The translations under genes and the position numbers were made by a program. A stretch of DNA of 64,000 bases, filler included, from an uncultured bacterium (lineage in GTDB: Bacteria; Auribacterota; CAZIXI01), in assembly GCA_964543115.1 (NCBI GenBank). It is 6 parts of 6 records of this genome, joined end to end, with 100 filler letters (N's around TTAATTAATTAA, not from the genome) between each part and the next. Parts side by side here need not be neighbours in the genome. Positions count along the whole stretch, not along the records: positions 1 to 11,455 come from CAZIXI010000100.1; positions 11,556 to 22,987 come from CAZIXI010000101.1; 4 more parts are not named here. The stretch is one strand, 5' to 3'. The notes below the pieces were generated by a model. It ran no database searches. It saw nothing but the letters and a program-made list of their open reading frames with translations, and was not told where the DNA came from. Of the stretch, positions 9,001 through 17,800 are shown one piece after another. The first letter of the stretch is position 1. Each line of letters starts with the position of its first letter.

Positions 9001-11393
9001 GTATTGCTGATCTGGATGAACGGCCAAAGCTGTCCCCCGATGTCCATCGGGGGACTGCTGAAGAGGAAAATTATAAACTGGAAGAACTCGTCTCTTTGAT
9101 AGGGGATCATTGGCAATTTATTAGTCATCCGCAGCGGGAAATTATCGATCTGGAAAATAATCGCGATCAGCTTGCCGCTATCTATCGTGATCCTGAGCTG
9201 GTTCCTTATGCTGAGCAGGCAGAGGAAGAGGTAAAAGACTGGCTTGAGGAGGTGGAACTTTCACGGGAAGAGGGATTGGCAGTTGTAATTGATAATCCGG
9301 CAAAGTTTAGTGCCTTAACGGCTGAATTGGGCAAGAAACAATTATTTCAGTTAGACGCGCAGGAAAAAGAAACGCTCCGGCAATTGGCTGATCGCTTGCT
9401 GGCTGCTGATAATCGGACGGAACTATTTGCCTGTTTTGCCGAAGTTAAATTATATCTGGAGCTGCGTAACCAGGCTAATCGTTCTCTTTATTTTTATGTT
9501 TGTTATGCCGCTGGTAGACGGAGATTTGCCTTGAAGGTTACGAGAGATGATTTATTAGAGATTGATAATTATTTCAAGGAATATATATATAGTGCTTCAG
9601 TTAATGGATTTTACGCGAGATTAGCCGAACTGCAGCGGGTTGCTGAAATGCTAATTGAGGTTCCGGAAGAAATTCCCGGTAGTGAGGCGCTATTGTTGGG
9701 TATACGTAATGCTCACTCCGACAGCCTTACTGTGGGCGCTGGTTATGATGGTCAAAATTTGTTTAGTAACCATCTGGCTAATCCCAAGTTGACCAATTTT
9801 ATCTATCTGGGAGCTTATCTGCCTGAAAAGCAGGAAAATATGTATCTCAACTGGTTGTGGATGTTATTGCTGCGCAATGAAAAAGCGGAACTGTCGCGCG
9901 AGCTGCAATTATTAGCTATTCTGTCTGAGGCGGGGAATAAGGAGGCCTTAACTAAGGCCAAGGTGTTCTTTGGGGCGATAGGAAGCGTTGAAGAGCATAT
10001 TACTGATTCGCAAATAAGAACAAGGTTCAATCAGTTGGCGGAAATGGTGCAGGCGGAGCTGCCTGAGGAATTAATTGAGAAAGCCCAAGCAGAGGTAAAA
10101 ATTAGTCAGGGAACAGCTAATCTTTTCAAGGTTATGGATAGAGCGGTTTTGCTGAAGGAGATAGAATCTCTGTTGGTGGGTGAGGACCAGGAAAAGCAAA
10201 AAAGAATAGAAAAAAAGATAAAGGCGGGGGCCGGCTACCGCTTTAAATGTCTCTATGTCTGTCTTGACCATTTGAATGAAGATCCCCAGGCTTTCGCGGA
10301 AGAGAAACTGAACAGATTCGTTAAGCTCTGTCTAAAGGCGATGAAATCACCGGCGGAAATAGATATGATCTTAAAAGCGGTTAGCAGCAAGAGTGTGAAG
10401 CTGACTATCATGAATATGTTTGCCGATCGCCTGGAGTGGTTTATTGCCCGCTCAAAGTTCCGGCCGGAAGTAGTGGCGATGATCAGCAGGACGGAAAAAG
10501 AAATGTGGCAATGGCAGAGAGGTTTTATTGCCCTGGTGTTGGGGACGCATCCGCAGCTGCAAAATTTTCTTATGGATCTGTCTGTGAATTCTCCTGTTCC
10601 CGGTCAGCGGCTGGTGGCGTTGGATATGCTGCTTAATTATTTGAAGACTGCCGGTAAGGAACCGTTAGCGGATCTGGTTAAAGTTCAACTAAATCATCTT
10701 GTTACCGCGCTCTTGTTGAATTGTGTTTCTGCTGATAAGCTGGAAAAGCTCGATTATGATACTTTTGCCAGTTTGAACGGAATATTCATACTGATTTATG
10801 CGGCAAAGCTTGATTCTGCTGACTTCGCGCAGACGTTAGTGCAAATAGTGATTAATAAATATAAGGAAAATATCCAGCAGGGCCGGACGGCGGGCCTGGA
10901 TATCGAGAAGATTAAAAGATTTGTCAGCTATGCCGGCGCAAGTATTGGAACTGAGTTTGATGAGCACATGCAAGCAGAACTGCCGCGCCTGGAAAAACTG
11001 CCGCAAGAGAATCGCCAGGCATTGTTAGCGCTGGCTGTTCAGGAGCTGAAGAAGTCGCTGGCGAGGGATCAGGCACAGCCGGTTAGTGAGGTTATTGCCG
11101 GAGAGCTGGAAATGATTAACAGTTTTGGCCTGGATGCCCGTTTTCTGGTTGAGGTTATTGCCGGGGCGGTTTATGGGGAAGGGAAAGTGGCTGAGGACTG
11201 GATCACTGAGGCCTGTCAGCAGGCTGTTTATCTGGAGGTTGCCCTCGGGGCAGAAGAAGAGTTGATTGTTGAGGTAATTGTACGTATTTTGGCGGGAGAT
11301 GAGCTTTCAGCGAAAGAGGCAGAGGGAATCGGCTGTTTGCGAAAAAGGTACGATATCGGCCGGCGGGAAATGACGGTGTTAGCGGAGTGGTAG
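3..11393 (+). CDS. Giant alpha-helical repeat protein (>3,765 aa, 5'-partial) with about four ~950-1,100-aa repeat units; function unknown
   Basis: Frame is open from nt 3 (KFGAITSELGKRRLFLL...), so the GTG at 96 is not the true start. Recurring motifs: L(Y)xxLRNxxNRxLY (~150, ~3525, ~6540, ~9450), DLAA(V/I)I (~3090, ~6110, ~8975), RYx(I/L)GR (~2025, ~5540, ~8400, ~11345). Confidence 0.9.
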   Translation, partial: KFGAITSELGKRRLFLLSTEEKQIIRQLCDEVLNAGGEAELIDKCSRLILYMDLRNKANRKLYAQACISTRQVSSTTTIHLPAVLSLENKHLVPALFDSRGAGFYSQLVELGRLAEMNEEIGGEFPRAEDFAVNLFEERCLEYLCNFKEDARNGLGSCLENSKLKKLILPVSRLPRKQEDLYLARIWFLLQRDDEQVISREMQSLKMLYERGEEAAIIQARMLFSAIVSVEKHAADEEVREQFVQLARMATDILPAEIGKAIGEVESKQWIANIFLEDMVDVLEVVSKDVLITGKDKKALERRVKQSAVYRIRLLLAIATKMSLVSDTRPLEILSEISKNVIKRIESPYELDILLLSDIDAEWLPPELLEPLAGKFAKLMGRAANRQEAEQIFSSGWGKGRRWPIFFWITVLEDFPAVENTLIDWLLFAPDPRLRNAAYEMIFCYIVSRAEEEDKTRIQEIVRKGLDRYLEKTQLTEIDYRSFVVFENLFKLAKAGRLDMEKENDYVLAKIRGCYEENIRAGKIEGVDMRAILTNFGFAAIQAEMMAWDSSLTHIDQLMPDKEEKHGLLLVLAEKEAVRWFSENGEQDKRVKLAFLLELIRKLNLNYSDLADIIAEVFGGKEEHTETLPDAREVAVLMEVAIDEKEQEAILNLILDVLRGPSIQGELLWHCLKERYYIGRAPADGLEWWQIDFMKYILRDARRYREIYGQRGYALPFEPEEWDYTRNIADSRIVFRDWHPGFKEMYRVVEAYYTREDESYLDLYRKLKQADALYVSRMLLTMVVFEEEKCFHIRQWTEAVFRERRLQSLLAEVFSGQAMAAGVSLFDVSQFQAIEGEQGVRYVPRELSTADLWGFFKLGELPYPLVGREGGFMLADVEGKKVLQIGGTAEEIVSVEIAGAQEDLVWAVFEVAAGQRVVLNFYDDQAYQRWFADPKGNEKPKPAATFAKDDWGLYAEQIAVVEAMAGPPDPSVEGESDADAEDNRPADPAGLEDDGDGEAPPEPPSYLPPGGGFAGGGSSIVWNESLERDLAAVITRCVPDPEQRPEEAVLLELVFADACFHAHPLLSGMEQDTVARKVSELYQSADWQPYVDPLMEKLRGQPGYDFKMLDGDYGPVGSFIGDSDGFIDLVNKLENEQVFQLEDEEKQTICFLTDWLLTAGTADRLRERAQRVKLYLDLRNSDNRALYFRRYSYLHPGRKKTAVSLAEFLAVETEIFPYDYFDRTDKSIFNYFLELQRLQELTEYEDRESAGAEFITLLAIYGDILPRMENLLSRVEEHFAVLSAIQNKKLRLFLRPLLVAPQASLGTAVEEHYRLPANDAQYYLFKAWYSLRFFTAEGWQKECQRLTTAYQLHRQETVSYLRDVLSGIKSIEQFGRELGIAELTMKGIAEAAEVIRREGSLPAELLAAAEQGAVANEEFVAHFDLVKLSDVVEQYLQEEELSAEAEAALSGEENTAARLSFLWLLDEGFKQGSLASTTVERMRRFNKLLGEVVKLIESPYEIDIYIRIFGDTKISVKAKERLRKRLAVFLADERREQVTDMITRSHTQLKEWVLEFFREGIERDQRYVDYLINLLLSSDLRQSFFAAQILRSYVAIAAGDNILKKRNIMLALWDRYLHESKLADPDKQLFLVFWRTLGLAVDGELYLPGEAERLLAGGAKIRGVQNGYEDNLGHGFVPGLDLAGVRFALEYATRRLAETDPGDSSRYKGVYEKLAGLTELVQDNRERLIEIAVQELRRHFQQQGKKKTDIDLATTEFVLELLALLDKLGLNNEDLPEVLARGYPWFKREIDEQRIAGNGDIVKLLALAVNAEEKVGIVGKIMDYLKRDKIDLGYFFQEGFTSLEQRYLIGRQEIDKLTAWQREFIRMILQATQQAQQSPGYALPSLPLEIAEGDLEEIITDPDIMSKYIFSSWPEEAKQVYLLIEKYYTQPDESYIDILNNDFFTNIFHQGFRNWAVRALLTLALKDNSTDYRQWLTALLEEHRLEPLLKLCFNGKPAEAFIFLYGHERFRQLAGTDGETEDSEDTDFLWMDCLLEDLAAVISHCFPDLDQLPEMPELLEAIRESDYYRWHPQLSEMDKSVFEGKVEALYADSNWYPYLDVEEAELTELFGADEVDLAEGLVEMRKDEGKFIELTKKLGEKEMFLLADEEKEIIRQLADRLLAEKIVVNLAHRHESLQAYLQLRNSANRQLYCAAYISTREEKYTAQLSLAKRAYLKTTYPPSPDGLYASLAECQRLAELRLELREELPAAQEFVFSLLYRQLHELRKKIGVSDFEFICWRMENTYLMELVPFGVFEPSGNLQVAKMRILADISPLLWEEECRVLTVIQELWPEDASARAEAIFSIFASMQGVVADDQATIKVDMLEEVARRCLPPELVSEAEASAKKIESFKGLFIADHKELVTNHVQNLVRGAGADKDGRRILRQIKQDRLYRVVYLWAINGVYQVTEDAQVKKQLLKLAGRIVRLMDSPAEVDCGLKLDRYGEINVEIAGMLNRRFAQFLAKKNTRTKVARMTTRNYAEFSLWNAHYWPFRIKNDERSRNYIIELMLSGDNFRQRQSAFQILRRYFLFYASKEDNDHVRDVVKQLWEKFLRANKLEQLDYGFVSTVENIFTLIKDGELDVNMELDRLGRILSRQYESNLKKKNINGLNLWQVLRLISQVGAEAGLGKVEEIFARLEFVERLPLFHATALQRIAISELRGKIKDLDVAEVGEVLSANLDLLDNLCLARSDLVDVLLGLFPRHSVAERVVREMRESAETLAVVYTDDEKKVILVALVLTIFQQEIPQGLRDKILALKKRYYLGRRPHALDQWQKEFQKAAIEIGRVIQEAGQGWAAALFSEWEEWEVLTETETVFSEWAYKLKGIYCLLEIYFCAPDYDFSRVDFSQQNILTVWLFLYLVLHRREKLFDRGQWTEAVFARLGLENLLAARFAGDPGAAYDFLHSWGNIVEIMEIELAKEEGTVPAEEAEGGSKEEAKVELEGGWNSSLVNDLAAIITKCIADLDERPKLSPDVHRGTAEEENYKLEELVSLIGDHWQFISHPQREIIDLENNRDQLAAIYRDPELVPYAEQAEEEVKDWLEEVELSREEGLAVVIDNPAKFSALTAELGKKQLFQLDAQEKETLRQLADRLLAADNRTELFACFAEVKLYLELRNQANRSLYFYVCYAAGRRRFALKVTRDDLLEIDNYFKEYIYSASVNGFYARLAELQRVAEMLIEVPEEIPGSEALLLGIRNAHSDSLTVGAGYDGQNLFSNHLANPKLTNFIYLGAYLPEKQENMYLNWLWMLLLRNEKAELSRELQLLAILSEAGNKEALTKAKVFFGAIGSVEEHITDSQIRTRFNQLAEMVQAELPEELIEKAQAEVKISQGTANLFKVMDRAVLLKEIESLLVGEDQEKQKRIEKKIKAGAGYRFKCLYVCLDHLNEDPQAFAEEKLNRFVKLCLKAMKSPAEIDMILKAVSSKSVKLTIMNMFADRLEWFIARSKFRPEVVAMISRTEKEMWQWQRGFIALVLGTHPQLQNFLMDLSVNSPVPGQRLVALDMLLNYLKTAGKEPLADLVKVQLNHLVTALLLNCVSADKLEKLDYDTFASLNGIFILIYAAKLDSADFAQTLVQIVINKYKENIQQGRTAGLDIEKIKRFVSYAGASIGTEFDEHMQAELPRLEKLPQENRQALLALAVQELKKSLARDQAQPVSEVIAGELEMINSFGLDARFLVEVIAGAVYGEGKVAEDWITEACQQAVYLEVALGAEEELIVEVIVRILAGDELSAKEAEGIGCLRKRYDIGRREMTVLAEW

Positions 11394-11455
11394 AGGGTTC
11401 TTCTTAAAGCGATTTTGCAGTCAGCCCGGTTTAATAAAGATATGTTTAATACAGA

Positions 11456-11555
11456 NNNNNNNNNNNNNNNNNNNNNNNNNNNNNNNNNNNNNNNNNNNNT
11501 TAATTAATTAANNNNNNNNNNNNNNNNNNNNNNNNNNNNNNNNNNNNNNNNNNNN
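11456..11555. other. Artificial contig linker (N-run + TTAATTAATTAA + N-run)
   Basis: Exactly 100 nt, with stops in all six frames; same design at all five junctions. Confidence 0.99.
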
Positions 11556-11754
11556 AAAATAAGACAGCCAGGCCCGAACACAAAATTGCCATCACCACTG
11601 ATCCGGCAAGACTGAAATAATAAGCTCCGTAAAGTATCGGCAGAATATAAAAATTAAGCGTATAGGCCTTTTCCCCCATGTAAAAAGTAAAGGAAACGGC
11701 CAGCACCAGGCTGTAAAAAATAAACAAATATGACCTGAAAGCGCCTTTTTTCAT
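11556..11754 (-). CDS. N-terminal fragment of a membrane protein (possibly a sensor domain), 3'-truncated by contig end
   Basis: ATG just downstream of ogt on the same strand; hydrophobic helices (YLFIFYSLVLAVSF, FYILPILYGAYYFS). Confidence 0.65.
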
Positions 11755-11779
11755 AACTTAGGTAGTATAGCAAAAACTC

Positions 11780-12244
11780 TTAGCGCATCCCACTCTTTTC
11801 TAGCGCTAAGAAATACTTCTTCCATTTCAACCCTGAGCTGTAACCGCCGAGGTTGCCGTTTGAACCAAGCACGCGATGGCAGGGAATAATTACAGGGAGT
11901 GGATTTCGCTTACAGGCCTGTCCCACCGCCCGATAGGCCCGGCCCAGCCGCAGGGCCCGGTCAATATCTTTATAGGTTATTGTCCCGCCATAAGGGATCT
12001 TCATCAACTGCCGCCAGATTTTCTGTTGCCAGGGCGTTCCCGCAGAAAGGTCCAGCGGCAAACTGAATCCTACTTTCTCACCGCTGAAATATTTTTGCAG
12101 CATAACAGCTAGAGCAGTGCGGCCCGGCCCCGGCACTCGCTGAGGGCGCATCCTTTTCGGTAAAGACAAAGAAGCTATCTTACCAGCTTTTTCCAGAACC
12201 TCAACCCGGCCGATTACCGTATTAATTATATATTTCCTATCCAT
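11780..12244 (-). CDS. ogt: Methylated-DNA--protein-cysteine methyltransferase
   Basis: Active-site IIPCHRV, preceded by AYRAVGQACKRNP and GTPWQQKIW..L..IPYG. Confidence 0.93.
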   Translation of the reverse strand: MDRKYIINTVIGRVEVLEKAGKIASLSLPKRMRPQRVPGPGRTALAVMLQKYFSGEKVGFSLPLDLSAGTPWQQKIWRQLMKIPYGGTITYKDIDRALRLGRAYRAVGQACKRNPLPVIIPCHRVLGSNGNLGGYSSGLKWKKYFLALEKSGMR

Positions 12245-13065
12245 TCTACCACTTCTTCAATTACCTGCTGCGGCGTTGATGCCCCGGCTGTAACGCCGAT
12301 GGTCTTATAGTTCGCTAATTTAGCCAAGGGAATTTCCTCTTTCTTTTCCACAAAAAACGTCGGGCAGCCGGAATCCTCACAAATCTGCGCTAACCGAATG
12401 GAATTGGCGCTGTTTTTACCGCCAACCACAATCATTGCCTCTACCTGTCCGGCAAGCCTCAAGGCCTCTTGCTGCCTCTGCCTGGTGGCGCCACAAATCG
12501 TATTATGCACGGTAACCTCAGTTGCGGAAAATTTATTTTTCAGGCCCTGAACTATCTCCTGAAATCCCTGCTCATCTTTGGTTGTCTGGGCAACCAGACA
12601 ATATTTGTTTTTAGCCGGAACCATTTTCAGATCAGCGGGCGCGGACACAACCATTCCCTCCTCCCGCGCATAACCTTGATACCCTTCCACCTCCGCGTGG
12701 CCGTGATCACCGACAATAATGATATAATAGCCTTTTCGGGCGTATTTTGAGATTATCCGCTGTACTTTAGCGACAAACGGACAGGTGGCATCAACAACAT
12801 TTAATCCCGCTCTTTTTAATTTATTTTTCAATTCCGGCCTGATCCCATGCGCCCGAATAATCACCGTACCTTTTTCCGGGATGGTGTGCTTATTAATGAT
12901 TTTTACTCCTTTTTTATTCAACATCTCCGTTACCTGGGGATTATGAATTAAGGCCCCGTACATATATACCGGCCCGGCATCCTGCGGCAGCAACTTCAGG
13001 GTCATCTCCACCGCCCTTTCCACCCCCAGACAAAATCCCGCGCCTTTTGCCACACGTATTTTCAT
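12226..13065 (-). CDS. ispH: 4-hydroxy-3-methylbut-2-enyl diphosphate reductase
   Basis: AGFCLGVERAV, LIHNPQV, IRAHG, DATCPFV, TICGAT..RQ, SANS, TAGASTP. Start reassigned to MKIRVAK (ATG at 13065). Confidence 0.96.
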   Translation of the reverse strand: MKIRVAKGAGFCLGVERAVEMTLKLLPQDAGPVYMYGALIHNPQVTEMLNKKGVKIINKHTIPEKGTVIIRAHGIRPELKNKLKRAGLNVVDATCPFVAKVQRIISKYARKGYYIIIVGDHGHAEVEGYQGYAREEGMVVSAPADLKMVPAKNKYCLVAQTTKDEQGFQEIVQGLKNKFSATEVTVHNTICGATRQRQQEALRLAGQVEAMIVVGGKNSANSIRLAQICEDSGCPTFFVEKKEEIPLAKLANYKTIGVTAGASTPQQVIEEVVEWIGNI

Positions 13066-13066
13066 T

Positions 13067-14698
13067 TTAATACTCCGCCCTTCTGATGCTCCGCCAGGCA
13101 AGCAGCAGCGGAACAATAGTTGCCGCCGCACTAACCGCCACCAGGGCGGTTACCGTTGCGGCCATCCATTTTACAAACAGTGCCCGAGAGATTGCCTGCT
13201 TGATATAAAATAAATGCACGGGAAACACCTCCAGGGAGAGCACAACAACAATATAAATGAGACTCAACACCAAGGTTAAGGTGCCGCCAAAACCGGAAAC
13301 AATCTTGGCCATATCATCCTCTTTTCTGTCAGGAAACACCGCCCCCAGCCCCAGGGCCAGCGCCGGCAAGGTTAAACCAACTAATACTACTGTTAATAAT
13401 GACAAATAGACCATAAAGGGCGAGGCCTCGATCATAATATTTGAGCCAATCATTAGCGGCAGGGTAATCCCCAGACTCAGCAAACAGCTGACCAGATATT
13501 TTATCAGCAATACCCGGCCCGGCCCCACCGGGGTTAGGCCCAAAATCCACATCCGGCGCGATTCCAGGCTCCACTGCGGATAAATAAATCTCGTACAGAG
13601 AACCCCGAGAGTGAGCATGATCGTGCCCAGGTTTAGATAAGAAATAAGATTTTTCCAGAACAGGGACTCAATATCATAATTCATACTCCGGAGATTAAGA
13701 ATGTAAACACCGATAATCCCGAAAAAAATGGCAAACTGCGACCATTGCACCGGATCGCGGCGAAACAATCTCAGGTCCTTCCAGACAAGTGTCAGCCATT
13801 TACTGCCGCTCGCCGCCGCGGAACGATAATACCTGGTTTTCTCCCTGCCGCCAAGTTCCTGCCAGCTGGAATAATACCACTTTTCACCAAGACGGAAACA
13901 AAACCAGACGGCAAACAGGGCCGTACTGAGTAATAATAATAGATTAAAGACAAACCCCCTGCCCAGCAGTCCTTGTGTCAGCCAGTAACTGGGAAGAAAA
14001 GGCAGCATCCCTGCCCTGGTATGCCGCATTACCTGATCGACTACTATTGTTAAATCATTGGTCTGCCAAGGAATTGCCCGCCGGGCCCATTGATAATAAA
14101 TAAATGTACCGGCAGCAAGAAGCAGAGCACTGCCGATCAACAGACGCTTAAACCGATTAGTGAAGACCTTTACCAGGATCACGCCCAGCAAGGTACCCAG
14201 GCCGGCAGAGACAAAGATAAACGGCACCGCCAGACACAACCCGCCCAAATAGAACATAACCCCCAGAGAACGATTGATCCCGTAGGCCAACAACAGGGGC
14301 ACAACCAGAAAAACAAAGGCCCAGGAACTCAAGAATGTGGCCTCCAGAAACTTACCGGCAAACGTTGCCTGCGGGCTCAGCGGCAGGGAAAACAAAAATC
14401 CCGTCTCCCTGCTTTTATAGAAACCGATATAGGTAATGATTAACTGGCTGACAGTGAGCATCCAGAAAAGTACGAGAAAAAAGAGATAAAACAACCTGTC
14501 GATGAGAAAATAGCCCAGGCCCATTTTATGGGCAATATAATCGATCCCGTGCCAAAGAATGAGAAAACTGCCGATAGCATAGCCGACAATAAACAGCAGG
14601 ATAACGATTACCTTAAGATTAGATTCCCTGCTGACAGAAAAGAGCTTATTCCTCAGCAGCTTCCTCTTTAGACTTGATAATGACAATAAATCCCTCAT
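13067..14698 (-). CDS. Putative ABC-type exporter permease (multi-TM, two-lobed)
   Basis: Many TM helices; signatures FLFSLPLS, KDLRLFRRDPVQWSQ, SLESRRMWILGLTP. Start reassigned to MRDLL (ATG at 14698), because the longer ORF runs into the divergent promoter. Confidence 0.75.
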   Translation of the reverse strand: MRDLLSLSSLKRKLLRNKLFSVSRESNLKVIVILLFIVGYAIGSFLILWHGIDYIAHKMGLGYFLIDRLFYLFFLVLFWMLTVSQLIITYIGFYKSRETGFLFSLPLSPQATFAGKFLEATFLSSWAFVFLVVPLLLAYGINRSLGVMFYLGGLCLAVPFIFVSAGLGTLLGVILVKVFTNRFKRLLIGSALLLAAGTFIYYQWARRAIPWQTNDLTIVVDQVMRHTRAGMLPFLPSYWLTQGLLGRGFVFNLLLLLSTALFAVWFCFRLGEKWYYSSWQELGGREKTRYYRSAAASGSKWLTLVWKDLRLFRRDPVQWSQFAIFFGIIGVYILNLRSMNYDIESLFWKNLISYLNLGTIMLTLGVLCTRFIYPQWSLESRRMWILGLTPVGPGRVLLIKYLVSCLLSLGITLPLMIGSNIMIEASPFMVYLSLLTVVLVGLTLPALALGLGAVFPDRKEDDMAKIVSGFGGTLTLVLSLIYIVVVLSLEVFPVHLFYIKQAISRALFVKWMAATVTALVAVSAAATIVPLLLAWRSIRRAEY

Positions 14699-14730
14699 AT
14701 TGAATATATTATAAAATATTTCACCACATA

Positions 14731-14758
14731 TTGACAAGCAACAAATATATGCTATATT
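14731..14758 (+). promoter_or_regulatory. Sigma70-type promoter with extended -10 for the TPR giant gene
   Basis: TTGACA (14731-36), 16-nt spacer, TGc-TATATT (14750-58). Confidence 0.7.
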
Positions 14759-14819
14759 GCCTTAGCATCCCCCCTTTTGGGGGGACTGCCATTGCCCGAA
14801 ATAAGGCACGTAAAATATT

Positions 14820-17800
14820 ATGTGCCCGATAATTAAGATAATCATCAGTGTTGTTCTTGTTATTAGCATATTAGTTGGGGGGCCAACGGTTACCGCTCAG
14901 GAATTCCTTGCCCCTTCCAGTATGCTTCCGTCCTTAGCCGCTGCCTATAAGTATCTGAAACTGTACCATATCCTGCCCGTTAAATTGCCGGAAAACCTAA
15001 CTGAAATTCTAGGCAACGAGGATCTACCGGAAAATCCCGCGGTAATCGCCCTGGCCCTTAACCATTATCTGGTCAGTTCCCAACACGATAATGAGGCCTA
15101 TACCCGGCTGTCCAACCTGGCCTTTTATCATTTACTCAGACAGATTGCGCCGGATTATTTCCGGGGAGAAAAGAAAAGAGATTTCGAGAAGATCCCTTAC
15201 CACCAATATCTACGCAGCAATCAAAAATCACCATTAAAAAAACAACTAACCAACGCTCAGGCCAGCGGAAAACACTTTGAGGAATTCCTCATGCTCCATT
15301 ACGCCCGCACCCACATTGCCTTGACCGAATATGCCTTCCATCGCGGCCATTATACAGAAGAACAATTAATTGCCCGCTATAAACTGGCCCAATCCGGCAG
15401 GGATAAACCAATAAAAAACTCTCTCTTTCCTGAACCGGCCTGGAAAGGATTAGACTACCTCTGGCAACATGGTTCTACTGATATTCAGAAGAAGGCTATA
15501 CGTTTAATCACATTTGCCCGGAAGCGGACTAAAGCTCTTTCCGATTTGATAAAAGTAGGCACTTGCCCCGGAGAGAAAGAAATGGCTATTCTGGAACAAT
15601 TGGTCAAAGAAAATCCTAAGGATCCCTATATCCTCTCCATCATGGCCCAGGCCCTATCCGTAGCAAATAAATCAACTGAGGCCCTGCCCCTGGCCAAAAA
15701 AGCCGTTCACCTGGAACCGGAATGCGGCGCCGCCCAGCTGGCCCTGGCCAGAGTGCTCCTGGCGCTAGGCAATGTACCTGAGGCCCTGGAATATTACGAA
15801 ACCACAATTAGTGTGCTGCTAGATTACTATGGAATTTTTGGTGATCAGGACCTGGAAAATATGCTGAATATAATTTTTGGGGACTTGCAGGATCTGAAGA
15901 TGCCGGCTGAAGAAAAGGAAAAAGTGCAACAGGAACTGAGGATCAAATACCTGGAACAGATTATTGAGCGTAATATACCGGCTTTCAGTATTGCCATCGG
16001 CCGCCTGTTTGAAGAAATAACCGCCTATTGCGTCAGTCATGGCAGCTATGAAGGCAAGCACGAATTGCTGGAAAAGGCGGCGGCCTGGTTGGAGCCGCAT
16101 AAAAAACAACAGCCCGCTGAATATGTGCGCGTGCTGGAGGTGCTCGGTGAGTCCTACAGAATCAAGGGGGAAACGGAAGCGGCAATTACCTGTTACGATA
16201 ATGCGCTCAGCTGCCCGATGAGCGATGTGCGCCGGGCACGGATCCTTTACGGAAGAACCGATTACCAAGGCGCTATCCGCTATGCGGAAAAATCACTGGC
16301 CGGAGGAAAGGAAAGCATTACGGAAGCACTGGTTTTCCGGGCGCTGGGTTACGCCAGAGCGGATTTAAGCATCGCCCGCGCCGAGGAAATATTCCACTGG
16401 CTGGCCAAGGCCTCTCTGCTTGATCACTGTGAAAAAAGCAGCAGTCTGGAATTTTATTATCTGGAGCTGGCCAAAATCATCCTGGGCACCATAACAATCG
16501 AACAGGAATCCTGGCCCCAGGCCAGAAAGATCCTGACCGGCATCCTCCGCCAGGCGCTTAATTTTCAGGGAACAAACTTGGCTAAAACTATCTGTGATAT
16601 ACTGACAGAATCGGATGAATATGACCTAGAAAAAGTGGCTGAAGTAGCGGAAGCGGTTTACCAACAGGAAAATGATCCTCTCATCAAAACCCGGGCGGCC
16701 AAAATCAGGGCGGCCTGCGGCGAACCGGTTACTGAAGAAAAGTTACTGCTCAGTGCCGCAGAAGCAGAGGAACAATTCTGCCGCTATACCGCCGGCGATG
16801 TTAAAGAAGATGTGCTGGCCTCAATCCGTCATTCACTGGAGCGATCAGGATTTGAAAATCCGGATGAATTTTATCGCCAGTTATTGGTTAATTATTATCT
16901 GGGTAAATTTCCCTTTCTGGAAGCCCGTACCGTGCGCCGGGCAATTGATCTGGCCCGGGAAAAACACACCACCCGCGAAACCCTTTATCTCTCGCTGGCC
17001 GGCCTACACAAAGCAAAGGCCGAGGCTATTGTTACTGAGACAGGAGAATATAAGGACCTGTTCGCCCAGGGAAATAAAGCCTTCTCCCAGGCAATGATAG
17101 TGTTGGAAGCTATATTCTTGGAATTTCCGGAAATAACCACTGCCGAATGCCTCCCCCAGCCCCGTTACCAGCAGGCCAAACAGCTGCTCAGCCGGGCCCA
17201 GCAATTGTATGAACAGGCGCTTTACGGCAAAAATTACCGCAGTTCATCATTGGGGTACGAGGCGGCAGTTACTATCCTGGGCGAAGAGGCAGCGGATTTG
17301 CGGAAAGAATTGATGCACTACTATAACCAGATATTCCTTTGTCCGCATATCTCCATCCCGGGCATTAAAAAAACTATAAGATTAATGGATAACGGCATAG
17401 ATATAACCGAATTCGTAAGTTTCCGCAGTGAACCTCAACAGATAATTCAGATTGCCACCATCCTCTGCCTGGGCAAAAGATACCAGAGAACGATAGACTT
17501 TTTATTTCAGCACAAATCACTAATGACTAAATTGGCCAATAATTACCACTACTGGCTGGGCCGGGCGCATCTGGGACTCTCAGTCAGTGACGAACAAGAG
17601 AAAGCTACCGCCCTGCGCCAGCTGGCGCTCTCAGAAAAGGGCCGGAACACCCTTGGCGCGCTTCTGGATACCGCCTTCCAATACCGTACCTGCGGTCAAC
17701 TGGATGACTGCAAACGGGTATTAAAAAGAATCGTCAAAGAAATCGGCGCAATGAAAGCTAGCGGGCTAACAGCGGAACAATTGAGTGAACAACAAGCATC

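Noticed and set aside
13066..14737. Extended ORF-finder starts (ispH 13131, permease 14737; also 26887, 49151, 50209)
   Set aside because: Downstream ATGs fit the RBS, family N-termini or promoter positions better, and the extensions overlap neighbouring genes or promoters.
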